Assembly: GCA_026002935.1 (NCBI GenBank)
Contig: BPGH01000001.1
Span: 26,814 to 90,813 of the forward strand
DNA from: Acidimicrobiia bacterium
Lineage (GTDB): Bacteria; Actinomycetota; Acidimicrobiia; IMCC26256; PALSA-610
DNA: 64,000 nucleotides
Reading direction: 5' to 3'
The notes beneath the pieces are model-generated. The model made no database searches. It was not told the DNA's origin and saw only the letters and a program-made list of their open reading frames with translations. This document shows, one piece after another, positions 48,825 through 58,646 of the stretch (within the stretch, counting starts at the first letter, position 1; every line of letters begins with the position of its first letter). Made by a program: the position numbers and the translations under genes.

Positions 48825-50453
48825 GTGCCCGATCACTCGTTCGCACGCGCGTGGCGCGCCGTCGCCGAGTTCGCGCCCGGGCGAGAGGCCGTCGTCTGCG
48901 GCGACCGCCGCCTGAGCTTCGCGGCGTTCGACGCGCGCGCCGAACGGCTCGCGCACGTGCTGCGCGGGGCCGGCCTCGCACCGGGCGACAAGGTCGCGAT
49001 CGAGTGCGTCAACGCGCCGGAGTACCTGGAGGCCTTCTACGCCGCGCTGAAGCTCGGCTGCGTCCCCGTCAACGTCAACTACCGCTACGTGGGGGCGGAG
49101 CTCGCCTACCTGCTCGACAACTCCGACGCCGCCGCGCTCGTCTACCACGACGAGTTCGCCCCGACCGTCGCCGAGGCGCTCGCGTCGCTCGCGCCCGCGC
49201 GCCGGCCGCGCCTGCTGGTACAGGCCGCGCACGCCGGCGACGGCCGGCTCCTCGACGGCGCGCTCGACTACGAGGACGCGCTCGCCGGTGCACCCCCGGG
49301 CCGGGCGACCGACCGGGAGCCGAGCGGCGACGACCTCGTCTTCCTGTACACGGGCGGCACGACCGGCTCCCCGAAGGCGGTCATGTGGCGCAACGACGAC
49401 CTCTACGTCGCGTTGTGGCAGATGGCCCGGCCCGGCACGCAGCCGCCCGACGTGCGCGCGTCGATCGCGGCCGGCAAGCGCGCCGCGACCGTGCTGCCCG
49501 CCTGCCCGCTGATGCACGGCACCGGGCTGTTCATCTCGCTGTCGACGCTGTCGGGCGGCGGCACCGTCGTGCTGCTCGACACGCCGCGGCTCGACGCCGA
49601 AGCCGTGTGGGACGCCGTGGAGCGGGAGTCGGTCGCCGCGCTGACGATCGTCGGCGACGCGTTCGCGCGGCCGCTGCTCGCGGCCCTCGACGCCCACGCC
49701 GGGCGCTGGGACCTGTCGTCGCTGCGGGCGATCACGTCCTCGGGCGTCACCTGGAGCCCCGAGACCAAGCAGGCGCTGCTCGAGCACCTCCCGGGCGTGT
49801 TGCTGATCGACTCCCTCGGCGCCTCCGAGGGCATCATGACCCGCACCGAGACGCGCCGCGGCGACGAGATCGCACCCGCCCGGTTCCGGGCGAGCGACCG
49901 GCTCGTCGTCGTGACCGACGACGGGGACCTCGTGCAGCCGGGCGACGGGCGGGTCGGGATGCTCGGCGTCGGCGGCGCGATCCCCCTCGGGTACTACAAG
50001 GACGAGCACAAGACGGCGGCGACCTTCCGCACCGTCGGCGGCCGCCGCTACTCGATCCCCGGCGACTACGCGTCGATCGACCCCGACGGCACGATCCGCC
50101 TGCTCGGCCGCGGCTCGGCGTGCATCAACACCGGGGGCGAGAAGGTCTACCCCGAGGAGGTCGAGCTCGCGCTGCGCGCGCACCCCGACGTGTTCGACTG
50201 CGTCGTCGTCGGCGTGCCCGACGACCGGTGGGGCGAGATGGTGGTCGCGCTCGTGCAGCTGCGCGACGGTGCGGCGCTCGACCCCGGCGCGCTCGGCGCG
50301 CACTGCCGGGCGACGCTCGCGGGCTACAAGGTGCCGAAGCGGTTCGTCGCGCTCCCCTCGCTCGAGCGCTCGCCGTCCGGCAAGGCCGACTACCCGCGCC
50401 TGCGCGAGCTCGCCCGCGCCCACACGGACGCGCCGGGCCGGCCGGCCGGGTGA
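48825..50453 (+). CDS. Acyl-CoA synthetase / AMP-dependent ligase (FadD-like)
   Basis: 542-aa ORF. AMP-binding motif FLYTGGTTGSPKAV. Motifs GEKVYPEEVE and PSGKADY. TAACGT at 48813-48818 lies 6 nt upstream of GTG 48825. Confidence 0.85.
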   Translation: MPDHSFARAWRAVAEFAPGREAVVCGDRRLSFAAFDARAERLAHVLRGAGLAPGDKVAIECVNAPEYLEAFYAALKLGCVPVNVNYRYVGAELAYLLDNSDAAALVYHDEFAPTVAEALASLAPARRPRLLVQAAHAGDGRLLDGALDYEDALAGAPPGRATDREPSGDDLVFLYTGGTTGSPKAVMWRNDDLYVALWQMARPGTQPPDVRASIAAGKRAATVLPACPLMHGTGLFISLSTLSGGGTVVLLDTPRLDAEAVWDAVERESVAALTIVGDAFARPLLAALDAHAGRWDLSSLRAITSSGVTWSPETKQALLEHLPGVLLIDSLGASEGIMTRTETRRGDEIAPARFRASDRLVVVTDDGDLVQPGDGRVGMLGVGGAIPLGYYKDEHKTAATFRTVGGRRYSIPGDYASIDPDGTIRLLGRGSACINTGGEKVYPEEVELALRAHPDVFDCVVVGVPDDRWGEMVVALVQLRDGAALDPGALGAHCRATLAGYKVPKRFVALPSLERSPSGKADYPRLRELARAHTDAPGRPAG

Positions 50454-50503
50454 GCCGCGCCCGCGCGCCGGGCGCCGCGGCCGGCCGCCCGGGGTTGCCC
50501 GTT

Positions 50504-50521
50504 GATACCCCAGGGGGTATC
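50504..50521. promoter_or_regulatory. CsoR/CstR-type operator: perfect inverted repeat GATACCCC-AG-GGGGTATC
   Basis: 8-bp arms (9 if the flanking T/A are included). Overlaps the TATCAT hexamer (50518-50523), which lies 6 nt upstream of ATG 50530. Confidence 0.7.
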
Positions 50522-50529
50522 ATGGCGAC

Positions 50530-50787
50530 ATGGACTACAGCGAGGAGCTGCTCGACGAGCTGCTGAAGCGGCTGGCCCGCGTCGAGGGCCAGGTGCGCGG
50601 CATCGCGTCGATGCTCAGCGAGCGCCGGGAGTGCCGCGACGTCGTGACCCAGATCGCGGCCGCCAGCAAGGCGCTCGACCAGGTCGGCTTCCGGCTGGTC
50701 GCGGCCGGGCTCGCCGCCTGCCTCCAGGAGCCCGACCCCGAGTCCAAGGTCGCCGAGTTCGAGCGCCTGCTCTCCAAGCTGGCCTGA
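50530..50787 (+). CDS. CsoR/RcnR-family repressor, CstR-like (persulfide-sensing type)
   Basis: 85-aa all-helical ORF (LKRLARVEGQVRGI). Cys35 and Cys64 are present, but residue 60 is Gly rather than the Cu(I)-ligand His of CsoR. Confidence 0.78.
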   Translation: MDYSEELLDELLKRLARVEGQVRGIASMLSERRECRDVVTQIAAASKALDQVGFRLVAAGLAACLQEPDPESKVAEFERLLSKLA

Positions 50788-50811
50788 CCCCACGGTCGAG
50801 GAAGGTGCGCG

Positions 50812-52209
50812 ATGTTCTTCCGCCAGTACTACCTCCAGTGCCTGTCCCACGCGTCGTACCTGATCGGCGACGAGACCACCGGACGCGCCGTGGTGGTCGA
50901 CCCGCAGCGCGACGTCACCCAGTACCTCGAGGACGCGCAGGCGAACGGCCTCACGATCGAGCGCGTGATCGAGACCCACTTCCACGCCGACTTCCTCTCG
51001 GGCCACCTCGAGCTCGCGCAGCGGACCGGGGCGGTGATCGCCTACGGCGAGGCCGCCGAGGGCGCGTCGTTCCCGATCGAGAAGCTCGCACACGGCCAAC
51101 GCCTCTCGCTCGGCGAGGTCGAGCTCGAGATCCGCGCGACGCCGGGCCACACCCCCGAGTCGATCAGCATCGTCGTGTACGAACGCGCCGGCGACGAGAT
51201 CCCCTACGGCGTGCTCACCGGGGACACGCTGTTCATCGGCGACGTCGGTCGGCCGGACCTCCTGTCGTCACGCGGCGTCACCGCCGAGGAGCTCGCGCGC
51301 CTGCTGTACCGGTCCACCCGGGAGCAACTGCTCACCCTCCCCGACGAGACGCGCGTGTACCCGGCCCACGGCGCCGGCTCGGCGTGCGGCAAGCAGCTCT
51401 CGACGGAGACCGTCTCCACCATCGGCGAGCAGCGACGGACCAACTACGCGCTCGCCGACATGACCGAGGACGAGTTCGTCCGCGTGGTCACCGAGGGCCA
51501 GCCCGTCGCGCCCCTGTACTTCGCCTTCGACGCCCAGCGCAACCGCGAGGACCGCGCGCTCCTCGACGAGGAGCAGCCGCCGCCGCGCCTCACGCTCGAC
51601 GAGGTGCTGGAGCGCCAGCGGCGGGGGGCGGCCGTGCTCGACACCCGCGAAGCCGCCGACTACGCGCACGGGCACCTGCGCGGCTCCTACGAGGTCGGCC
51701 TCGGGGGCCGCTTCGCGGAGTACGCCGGCGACGTGCTGCACCCCGACCAGGAGATCGTGCTGGTCACCGAACCCGGGGCCGAGCTCGAGGCGAAGATCCG
51801 GCTCGCCCGCATCGGCTTCGACCGCGTCGTCGGCGTCCTCGACGACCACGTGCGCGCGTTCCTGGAGCACCCCGACGTCGTCGAGCGGTCGTCGCGGCTC
51901 TCGGCGGCGGATCTGCGCGGCCTGCTCGGCACCGGCGTGCAGGTCGTCGACGTGCGCAACCCCGGCGAGATCGCGGCGACCGGGACCATCCCCGGGTCGG
52001 TGCCGCTGCCGCTCGCCCGCATCACCGCCGCGCGCGAGGTGCTCGACCCGGCACGTCCGACGGTCGCCTTCTGCGCGGGCGGCTACCGTTCGGCGATCGC
52101 GGCGAGCGCGCTCGCGGCACTCGGGTTCGCCGACGTCTCCGACCTGCTCGGGGGCTTCGAGGCCTGGCGCGCCGGCGGTCACCCCGTCACCGAACCAGCC
52201 GAGGTGTGA
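50812..52209 (+). CDS. Metallo-beta-lactamase-fold persulfide dioxygenase fused to rhodanese domains (CstB/ETHE1-rhodanese type)
   Basis: Motifs THFHADF (HxHxDH) and TPGHTPES. Two C-terminal rhodanese domains; the last has active-site CAGGYRS. Confidence 0.85.
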   Translation: MFFRQYYLQCLSHASYLIGDETTGRAVVVDPQRDVTQYLEDAQANGLTIERVIETHFHADFLSGHLELAQRTGAVIAYGEAAEGASFPIEKLAHGQRLSLGEVELEIRATPGHTPESISIVVYERAGDEIPYGVLTGDTLFIGDVGRPDLLSSRGVTAEELARLLYRSTREQLLTLPDETRVYPAHGAGSACGKQLSTETVSTIGEQRRTNYALADMTEDEFVRVVTEGQPVAPLYFAFDAQRNREDRALLDEEQPPPRLTLDEVLERQRRGAAVLDTREAADYAHGHLRGSYEVGLGGRFAEYAGDVLHPDQEIVLVTEPGAELEAKIRLARIGFDRVVGVLDDHVRAFLEHPDVVERSSRLSAADLRGLLGTGVQVVDVRNPGEIAATGTIPGSVPLPLARITAAREVLDPARPTVAFCAGGYRSAIAASALAALGFADVSDLLGGFEAWRAGGHPVTEPAEV

Positions 52210-52216
52210 GACCACC

Positions 52217-52567
52217 ATGTCCGTGTTCGACCCCAACCAGGTCCCCGAGGTCGGGGTCGTCGACGCCCACGGCGCCGACGGCCACACCGTGCTGCTCGAC
52301 GTGCGCGAGGCCGACGAATGGGCGGCCGGGCACGCGCCGGGCGCCGTGTGGATCCCGCTCGGCCAGCTCGAACGGGCGCGCACCGAGGTCCCGTTCAACC
52401 GGCGCGTCGCGTGCGTGTGCCGCTCCGGGAACCGCTCCGCCCGCGCCGCCGAGGCGCTGATCTCGTGGGGATTCGACGCGGTCAACGTCGCCGGCGGGAT
52501 GAAGGCGTGGGCCGCGGCCGGGCTCCCCGTCGTGCGCGACGACGACACCCCCGGCACCGTCGTCTGA
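52217..52567 (+). CDS. Single-domain rhodanese sulfurtransferase
   Basis: 116-aa ORF. Active-site loop CVCRSGNRS. Confidence 0.85.
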   Translation: MSVFDPNQVPEVGVVDAHGADGHTVLLDVREADEWAAGHAPGAVWIPLGQLERARTEVPFNRRVACVCRSGNRSARAAEALISWGFDAVNVAGGMKAWAAAGLPVVRDDDTPGTVV

Positions 52568-52638
52568 GCCGCGCCGGACGGCGCGGCGCCGGCCGGGACC
52601 CCCGGACCGCGCCGCTACCGGTCGGTAACCTGCGGGGG

Positions 52639-54288
52639 ATGGTCTTCTCGCGCGCCGACGCGCTCCGCCGCCTCGACGGCGAGGACTTCGACGTGCTCGT
52701 GGTCGGCGGCGGGATCACCGGCGCCGGCGTCGCCCTCGACGCCGCCAGCCGCGGCCTGCGCACCGCGCTCGTCGAGCGCGACGACTTCGCCTCGGGCACC
52801 TCGTCCAAGTCGTCGAAGCTCGTCCACGGCGGCATCCGCTACCTCCAGCAGAAGGAGATCCGGCTCGTCTACGAGGCGCTGGCCGAGCGGCAGGTGCTGC
52901 GAAAGACCGCGCCGCACCTCGTGCGGGTCCTGCCGTTCCTCCTGCCGGTCTTCACCCACGACGGCATCCTCCCCCGCCGGCTCGCCCGCCTGCTCGGCAC
53001 GACCATGTGGCTGTACGACCTCACCGGCGGCGCGCGCATCGGGCGGCTGCACCGGCGGGTCTCCAAGGACGAGGCGTTGTCGTACATGCCCACGCTGCCC
53101 GCCCAGCGCCTCGCGGCGTCGTACGTCTACTACGACGCGCAGGCCGACGACGCGCGCCTCACCCTCGCGGTCGCGCGCACCGCGGCCGACCACGGCGCCG
53201 CGGTCGCGAACTACGCGCGTCTCGTCGGCCTCGACAAGGGCGCCGACGGGCGGGTGACCGCCGCACGCGTCGAGGCCGACGGACGGACCATCGTGGTACG
53301 GGCCCGCGCCGTCGTGAACGCGACGGGCGTGTGGGCCGACGACGTCCGCGCGCTCGACGAGGGCGCGCACCCCTCCTCGATCCGGCCCGCGAAGGGCGTG
53401 CACCTCACCGTCCCGTGGTCGCTCGTCCGCAACCGCATCGCCGTCGTCGTACCGGTTCCGAAGGACCGGCGGTCGGTGTTCGTCGTCCCGTGGGGTGAGC
53501 GCGACGACGGCACGTTCACGTTCACCTACATCGGGACGACCGACACCGACTACGACGGGCCGCTCGACGACCCGCAGTGCACACCCGACGACGTCGAGTA
53601 CCTCCTCCGGGCGATCAACGCGTCGGTCACGACGCCCATCGGTCCCGGCGACGTGCTCGGCACGTGGGCGGGGCTGCGGCCACTGGTGCGCGACGCGGGG
53701 AGCGCCCGTACCGCCGACCTGTCCCGCCGGCACTCGGTCCGCACCTCGCCGGCCGGCGTCGTGACCGTGACGGGCGGCAAGCTGACGACCTACCGGCGGA
53801 TGGCCGCCGACGCGGTCGACGAGGTGGTGCGGGTGCTCGGTGTCGACGCGCGCAGCCGGACGAAGCACCTGCGGCTGCACGGCGTCACGGGCTGGGACTC
53901 GCCCGACCTCCCGCGAGAGCTCGCCACCCGCTACGGCGGGGACGCCCGCGACGTGCTCGCCCTGGCCCGGGCCGACGCGCGCCTCGGGGAACCGCTCGTC
54001 CCGGGCCTCCCGACGATCCGCGCCGAGGTCGTGTACGCCGCGCGCGCCGAGATGGCCCGCACCGTGGACGACGTGCTGTCGCGCCGCACACGCGTGCGGA
54101 TCCTCGCCCGCGACGCGTCGGCCGCCGCCGCCGACGAGGTGGCCGGGCTCATGGCCGGCGAGCTCGGCTGGGACGAGGCGGAGCGCCGGCGCCAGGCCGA
54201 GCGGTACCGTGCCGCGGTCGCGGCCGAGCGCGCCGCGGCGCAGCTCCCGGAGACCGCGCTCGCGGCGCGGCTCCGGCCACCGAGCTGA
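52639..54288 (+). CDS. glpD: Glycerol-3-phosphate dehydrogenase (FAD-dependent)
   Basis: ATG 52639. Motifs VVGGGITGAGVALDAASRG, GTSSKSSKLVHGGIRYL, GGKLTTYR. TAACCT at 52626-52631 lies 7 nt upstream. Confidence 0.9.
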   Translation: MVFSRADALRRLDGEDFDVLVVGGGITGAGVALDAASRGLRTALVERDDFASGTSSKSSKLVHGGIRYLQQKEIRLVYEALAERQVLRKTAPHLVRVLPFLLPVFTHDGILPRRLARLLGTTMWLYDLTGGARIGRLHRRVSKDEALSYMPTLPAQRLAASYVYYDAQADDARLTLAVARTAADHGAAVANYARLVGLDKGADGRVTAARVEADGRTIVVRARAVVNATGVWADDVRALDEGAHPSSIRPAKGVHLTVPWSLVRNRIAVVVPVPKDRRSVFVVPWGERDDGTFTFTYIGTTDTDYDGPLDDPQCTPDDVEYLLRAINASVTTPIGPGDVLGTWAGLRPLVRDAGSARTADLSRRHSVRTSPAGVVTVTGGKLTTYRRMAADAVDEVVRVLGVDARSRTKHLRLHGVTGWDSPDLPRELATRYGGDARDVLALARADARLGEPLVPGLPTIRAEVVYAARAEMARTVDDVLSRRTRVRILARDASAAAADEVAGLMAGELGWDEAERRRQAERYRAAVAAERAAAQLPETALAARLRPPS

Positions 54289-54303
54289 CGGACCGGGGGG
54301 ACG

Positions 54304-55804
54304 ATGGACACCAACCGCGGCGCGCCGACCCCGCCGATCGCGTTCGCGCACGGGCCCGACGCGGTCACCGACCGGCTGGCGACGCGCCGGGTGGAGGTCG
54401 ACGACGCGCTCGGGTCTCGCATCGAGGCGACCGGCGCGCGGCTGACCCGCGCCGCCGGGACCGTCGCCGAGGCCAGCCGTGACTGGTGGCCGCTCGCGAT
54501 GATCTGGGCGCTCGACGACCGCGTGGGCGCGCGCGCCGGTGCGGTCGTGACCCCCGACGGACCCCGCGCAGGTCGCGGCGGTGCTGCGCCTCTGCAACGA
54601 GGCGCACGTGCCGGTCACGGCCGCGGCCGGGCGCAGCGGCGTCTGCGGGGCGAGCGTGCCGGTGTTCGGCGGCGTGCTGCTCGACCTGACCGGGCTCGCC
54701 GGGATCCGGGACGTCGACACGACCTCGATGCTCGTCGACGTCGCGCCGGGGACCTTCGGCGACGTGTTCGAGGACCAGCTCCGCACGGAGCACGGCGTGA
54801 CCTGCGGGCACTGGCCCCAGTCGATCGCGCTGTCGACGGTCGGCGGATGGCTCGCGTGCCGCGGCGCGGGGCAGCTCTCGACCCGCTACGGCAAGATCGA
54901 GGACCTCGTCGCGGGGCTCGACGTCGCGCTCGCCGACGGGACGGTCGTGCACACGGGCGGCGCGCCCCGGGCGGCCGTCGGGCCCGACCTGACCCAGCTG
55001 TTCGTCGGCTCCGAGGGCACCCTGGGGGTCATCGTCGGCGCCCGCCTGCGCGTCCACCCCTCCCCCCCGGCCGAGGGGCGCGCCGCGTACGCGTTCGGCT
55101 CCTTCCCGGCCGGGCTCGACGCGATGCGCCGAGTGGTGCAGCGCGGCGCGACCCCGGCGGTGCTCCGCCTCTACGACGCCGTCGAGGCGGACCGCTCGTA
55201 CCACACCGGCGACCGGCACGTGCTGCTCGTGCTCGACGAGGGCGACGCGCACCTCGTCGACGCGACCATGCGGGTCGTCGCCGAGGAGTGCCGCGACGCC
55301 GAGGCGATCGACGTCGCGCTGGTGCAGCGCTGGCTCGAGCACCGCAACGACGTCTCCGCCCTCGAGGCGCTGGTGCGGCGCGGGTTCGTCGTCGACACGA
55401 TGGAGGTCGCCGCGCCGTGGCGGTCCCTGCCCGCGATCTACGAGCGTACGGTCGCCGCGATGCGCGCCGTCGAGCACACGATCGTCGCCTCCGCGCACCA
55501 GAGCCACTCCTACCCCGGCGGCGCCTGCCTCTACTTCACGTTCGCCGGCCGCCCGCCCGAGGAGGAGCGCGAGGCGTACTACCGGGCGGTCTGGGACGCG
55601 GGCCAGCGCGCGGTGCTCGGCCTCGGCGGCGCGCTCAGCCACCACCACGGCGTCGGCCTCAACCGGGCGCGGTTCGTCGCGGACGCGCTCGGGCCCGCGT
55701 TCGGGGTGCTCGCCGCCGTCAAGCGGGCGCTCGACCCCCGCGGCATCCTCAACCCGGGCAAGCTCGGGCTCCCGAGCCCCTTCGGCGAACCCGCCTGGCC
55801 GTGA
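54304..55804 (+). pseudogene. FAD-linked oxidase (GlcD / alkyl-DHAP-synthase-like), reading frame broken by a +1 shift near 54562-54565
   Basis: The N-terminus (MDTNRG...SRDWWPLAMIWAL...AVVTPDGP) is in the frame of 54304. The remainder (AQVAAVLRLCNEAHVPVTAAAGRSGVCG...HHHGVGL) is in the frame of 54581. Total length is 3n+1. Confidence 0.75.
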
Positions 55805-57241
55805 GCGTCCTCGTCGTCGACGTCGGCACGAGCAGCGTGCGCGCCGCCGTCGTGCGGCGCGACACGACGTTCGCGGCCGAGGTCGCCCGCGAGACGCTCT
55901 CCCGAGCACCCCGCCGACGGCCTCGTGCAGTTCGACGCGTCGCTCCTCGCGCGCGTGGCGCTGGAGGTGGCGCGCGCGGCGCTCGAGCGCGCCGGACCGG
56001 TCGACGCGGTCGGCATCTGCAACCAGCGGGCGTCGACGGTGGTGTGGGACCGCACGACGGGCGAGCCCATCGGGCCCGGGATCGGCTGGCAGGACCTGCG
56101 CACCGTCGGCGCCTGCCTGGCGCTGCGCGCGCAGGGGCTCCACCTCGCGCCGAACCAGAGCGCGACGAAGCTGCAGTGGCTGCTCGACACGTTCGACCCC
56201 GACCGCGACGCCGACCTGTGCTTCGGGACGGTGGACACGTGGGTCGCGTGGCACCTGTCGGGCGGGCGGCTCCACGTCACCGACCCGACGAACGCCCTCG
56301 TGACCGGCCTGCGGTCCGCGACCGGGGGGTGGGACGAGCGGACCCTCGAGGTGTTGCGGATCCCCGAGCGCGTGCTGCCCGCCGTCGTCGACTCGTGCGG
56401 CGTGTGCGGGGAGGCCGCCGCGCTGCCCGGGTCCCCGCCGATCGCGGGGCTCCTCGGCGACCAGCAGGCATCGCTCGTCGGGCAGGGCTGCGTGCGGCGC
56501 GGCGACGCGAAGATCACCTTCGGCACCGGCGGGATGCTCGACGTCGTGCTGGGGCCCGGCACGCCGCCCTTCGAGCGGCGGGGCCCGCACGGCACCTTCC
56601 CGATCGCCGCCTGGAGCGTCGGTGGTGCGGTCACGTGGGGCGTCGAGGCGGTCATGCTCGCGGCCGGCACGAACGTGCAGTGGCTGCGCGACGACCTGCG
56701 CCTCGTGTCCTCGGCCGCCGAGACCCACGACGTCGCCGCCCGGTGCGACACGACCGACGGCGTCGTGTTCGTGCCGGCGCCGCTCGGGCTCGGCACGCCG
56801 CACTGGGACTACGGCGCGCGCGGCGCGCTGTTCGGGCTCACGCGTGGGTCCGGCCGGCCCCAGGTGGTGCGCGCCGTGCTCGAAGGGGTGGCGCACCGCG
56901 GCGCCGACCTGGTCGAGGCCGCGGAGGCCGACGCCGGCGTCGCCATCCCGGTCCTGCGCGTCGACGGGGGGATGACCGACAACCCGACGTTCGTGCAGGC
57001 GCTCGCGGACGCGGCGCAGCGCCCGGTCGAGGTGTCACCCCGGCGCGAGGCGACGGCGCTCGGCGCGGCGCTCGTCGCCGGGCTCGCGGTCGGGCACCAC
57101 CGCCGCGTCGCGGACCTCGCGGCGACGTGGTCGCCGCGGGTGCGGGTCGAGCCGGCGCGCGTGCTCGACCGGGAGGCGTGGCGGCGGGCCGTCGAGCGGG
57201 CGCGGGGCTGGATCCCGTCGCTGTCGGGCATCGACCTCTGA
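55801..57241 (+). pseudogene. FGGY-family carbohydrate (glycerol-like) kinase, reading frame broken by a +1 shift near 55909-55912
   Basis: GTG 55801 overlaps the upstream stop (GTGA). The N-terminus VSVLVVDVGTSSVRAAVV is in one frame. ADGLVQFDASLL...ICNQRASTVVWD...GDQQASL...DGGMT is in the +1 frame. Total length is 3n+1. Confidence 0.75.
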
Positions 57242-57256
57242 GCGCGCCGGGCCGCG

Positions 57257-57655
57257 TCAGCCGGCGGGCGCCTCGGCGGCGCGCGCCCGCTCGTCCGCGA
57301 ACGTGCGGGCCAGCCACAGTCCCGACGCCGCGGCGCCCGCGGCGACGAGCGAGACGAACCGGCCGCGGCGCGAGATGCCGGGCGCGGCCAGCGACACGAG
57401 GGCGTCCACGGCGTCGGCCGCGGCGCCCATCGACAGCCACTCGGCGTCCTGCGTGCGCTCCTTCACCGAGGTGAGGGCACCGAGACCGAGCACGAGGTCG
57501 CGGGCGCCCATCATCCGCCCGACCGCGCGCGCCTCGGGGGTCACCCGGCGCAGCCAGCCGCGCAGCACGAGGCCCGGCGCGACGAGCATGACGAGACCGA
57601 CGACGATGCGGCCGCGTGCGAGCGCCGCGGCGAGGGTCCGGGGATCGGTGTCCAC
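57257..57655 (-). CDS. Hypothetical small membrane protein
   Basis: ORF 57257..57754. Probable start GTG 57655 (VDTDPRTLAAALARGRIVVGLVMLVAPGLVL). 3-4 hydrophobic helices. Confidence 0.4.
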   Translation of the reverse strand: MDTDPRTLAAALARGRIVVGLVMLVAPGLVLRGWLRRVTPEARAVGRMMGARDLVLGLGALTSVKERTQDAEWLSMGAAADAVDALVSLAAPGISRRGRFVSLVAAGAAASGLWLARTFADERARAAEAPAG

Positions 57656-57767
57656 CGCGCCATCCTCGCACGCACGGCCGCCCCACCCCGACCCGGCCGC
57701 CGCACCCGAACCCCGCAACGCGCCGAACGGGAGGCCGTCCCGGATCGGGCCCACCCGCCCGCCACGC

Positions 57768-58646
57768 TCACCCCGCCTCGACGCGGCCCCACCAGCCCGT
57801 CGTGGCGCGCCCGTCGGCGTCGGTCGCCCGGCACACGGCGCGCTGCGCGACGAGGCCGTGCCCGAGCGGCACCGGCGCCGCGCCGATCACGTCGAGGGCC
57901 AGCTCCAGCGACGCGTCGACGACGACGCGGCCGCCGCCGCCGTGCATCTCGGCCCGGGCGCTGCGGACCGGCTCGGCGGCCGCGCCGCCGAGCCACACGA
58001 ACCCGTCGGCGGCACCCGCGCCGTCACCCTCGGCCAGCACGAACTCGTCCGGGCCGCCCCCGCACCACGACCACGTCCCGGCGACCGGCCGGTCCACGCC
58101 CCACGAGCGGCGGTAGGCGCCGCGCGCGTCGAGCTCGAAGCGCGACGGCCCGAGCGCCACGTCGCCGTGGACGGCGCCGGCGAGCAGGTAGCCGCGGACG
58201 GCGTCCCGGGCGCGCGCGTGGGGCGGGGGCGGGACCGTCGCCTCCCACTCCAGGTCGACGCCGAAGGGGACCCGCTCTCCCCGCTCGCCGGCGAGCGCGT
58301 CCGCCGGGTCGTCGAGGCGGACGGCGAACGCCTCGAGCCCGTAGGTCCAGTGCTCGAGCGGCGTCTCGCACCACAGTTCGGCCCACAGCCCCTCCGCCCG
58401 CACCTCCAGCCCGGCGCGGGGCAGCGGGACGTCGTGGTCGCGCACGACGACGGGGCCGGGCAGGTCGGGCAGCACGAGGTGCGTCCAGTACCACGCCCGG
58501 CCGAGGCCCGGGAACAGCGCCAGGCGCACGGTGAGGCCGACGCCCGCAGGCGTCCACGCGTCGAGCTGCCACGCGTCCGACCAGTCGCCGGCGCCGGGGC
58601 CGGCGGGTGGCGCGTGGCGCGCCTCGTCGGCGGGGTCGGGCGTCAC
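57768..58646 (-). CDS. Hypothetical protein (292 aa), third gene of the PEP-swivel operon
   Basis: GTG 58646 overlaps the upstream stop (GTGA). Trp-rich, beta-rich-looking sequence (WQLDAWTPAGVGLTVRLALFPGLGRAWYWTHLVLPD). No motif recognised. Confidence 0.5.
   Translation of the reverse strand: MTPDPADEARHAPPAGPGAGDWSDAWQLDAWTPAGVGLTVRLALFPGLGRAWYWTHLVLPDLPGPVVVRDHDVPLPRAGLEVRAEGLWAELWCETPLEHWTYGLEAFAVRLDDPADALAGERGERVPFGVDLEWEATVPPPPHARARDAVRGYLLAGAVHGDVALGPSRFELDARGAYRRSWGVDRPVAGTWSWCGGGPDEFVLAEGDGAGAADGFVWLGGAAAEPVRSARAEMHGGGGRVVVDASLELALDVIGAAPVPLGHGLVAQRAVCRATDADGRATTGWWGRVEAG

Noticed and set aside
47916-50423. 835-aa minus-strand ORF
   Set aside because: It is antisense to the acyl-CoA synthetase, NlpC/P60 and GGCT genes. 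The translation is Arg/Gly/Ala/Pro-rich with no motifs. This is a typical shadow ORF of a GC-rich genome. The same reasoning applies to 54365..56896, 52615..54786, 37047..39251, 20776..22671, 253..1722 and similar ORFs.
54304-57474. 1056-aa plus-strand ORF spanning two genes
   Set aside because: It is an artefact of an open shadow frame. Only its first ~87 codons (FAD-oxidase N-terminus) and codons for 55801-55911 (kinase N-terminus) look genuine. The rest is low complexity, and the real downstream sequences lie in the +1 frame.
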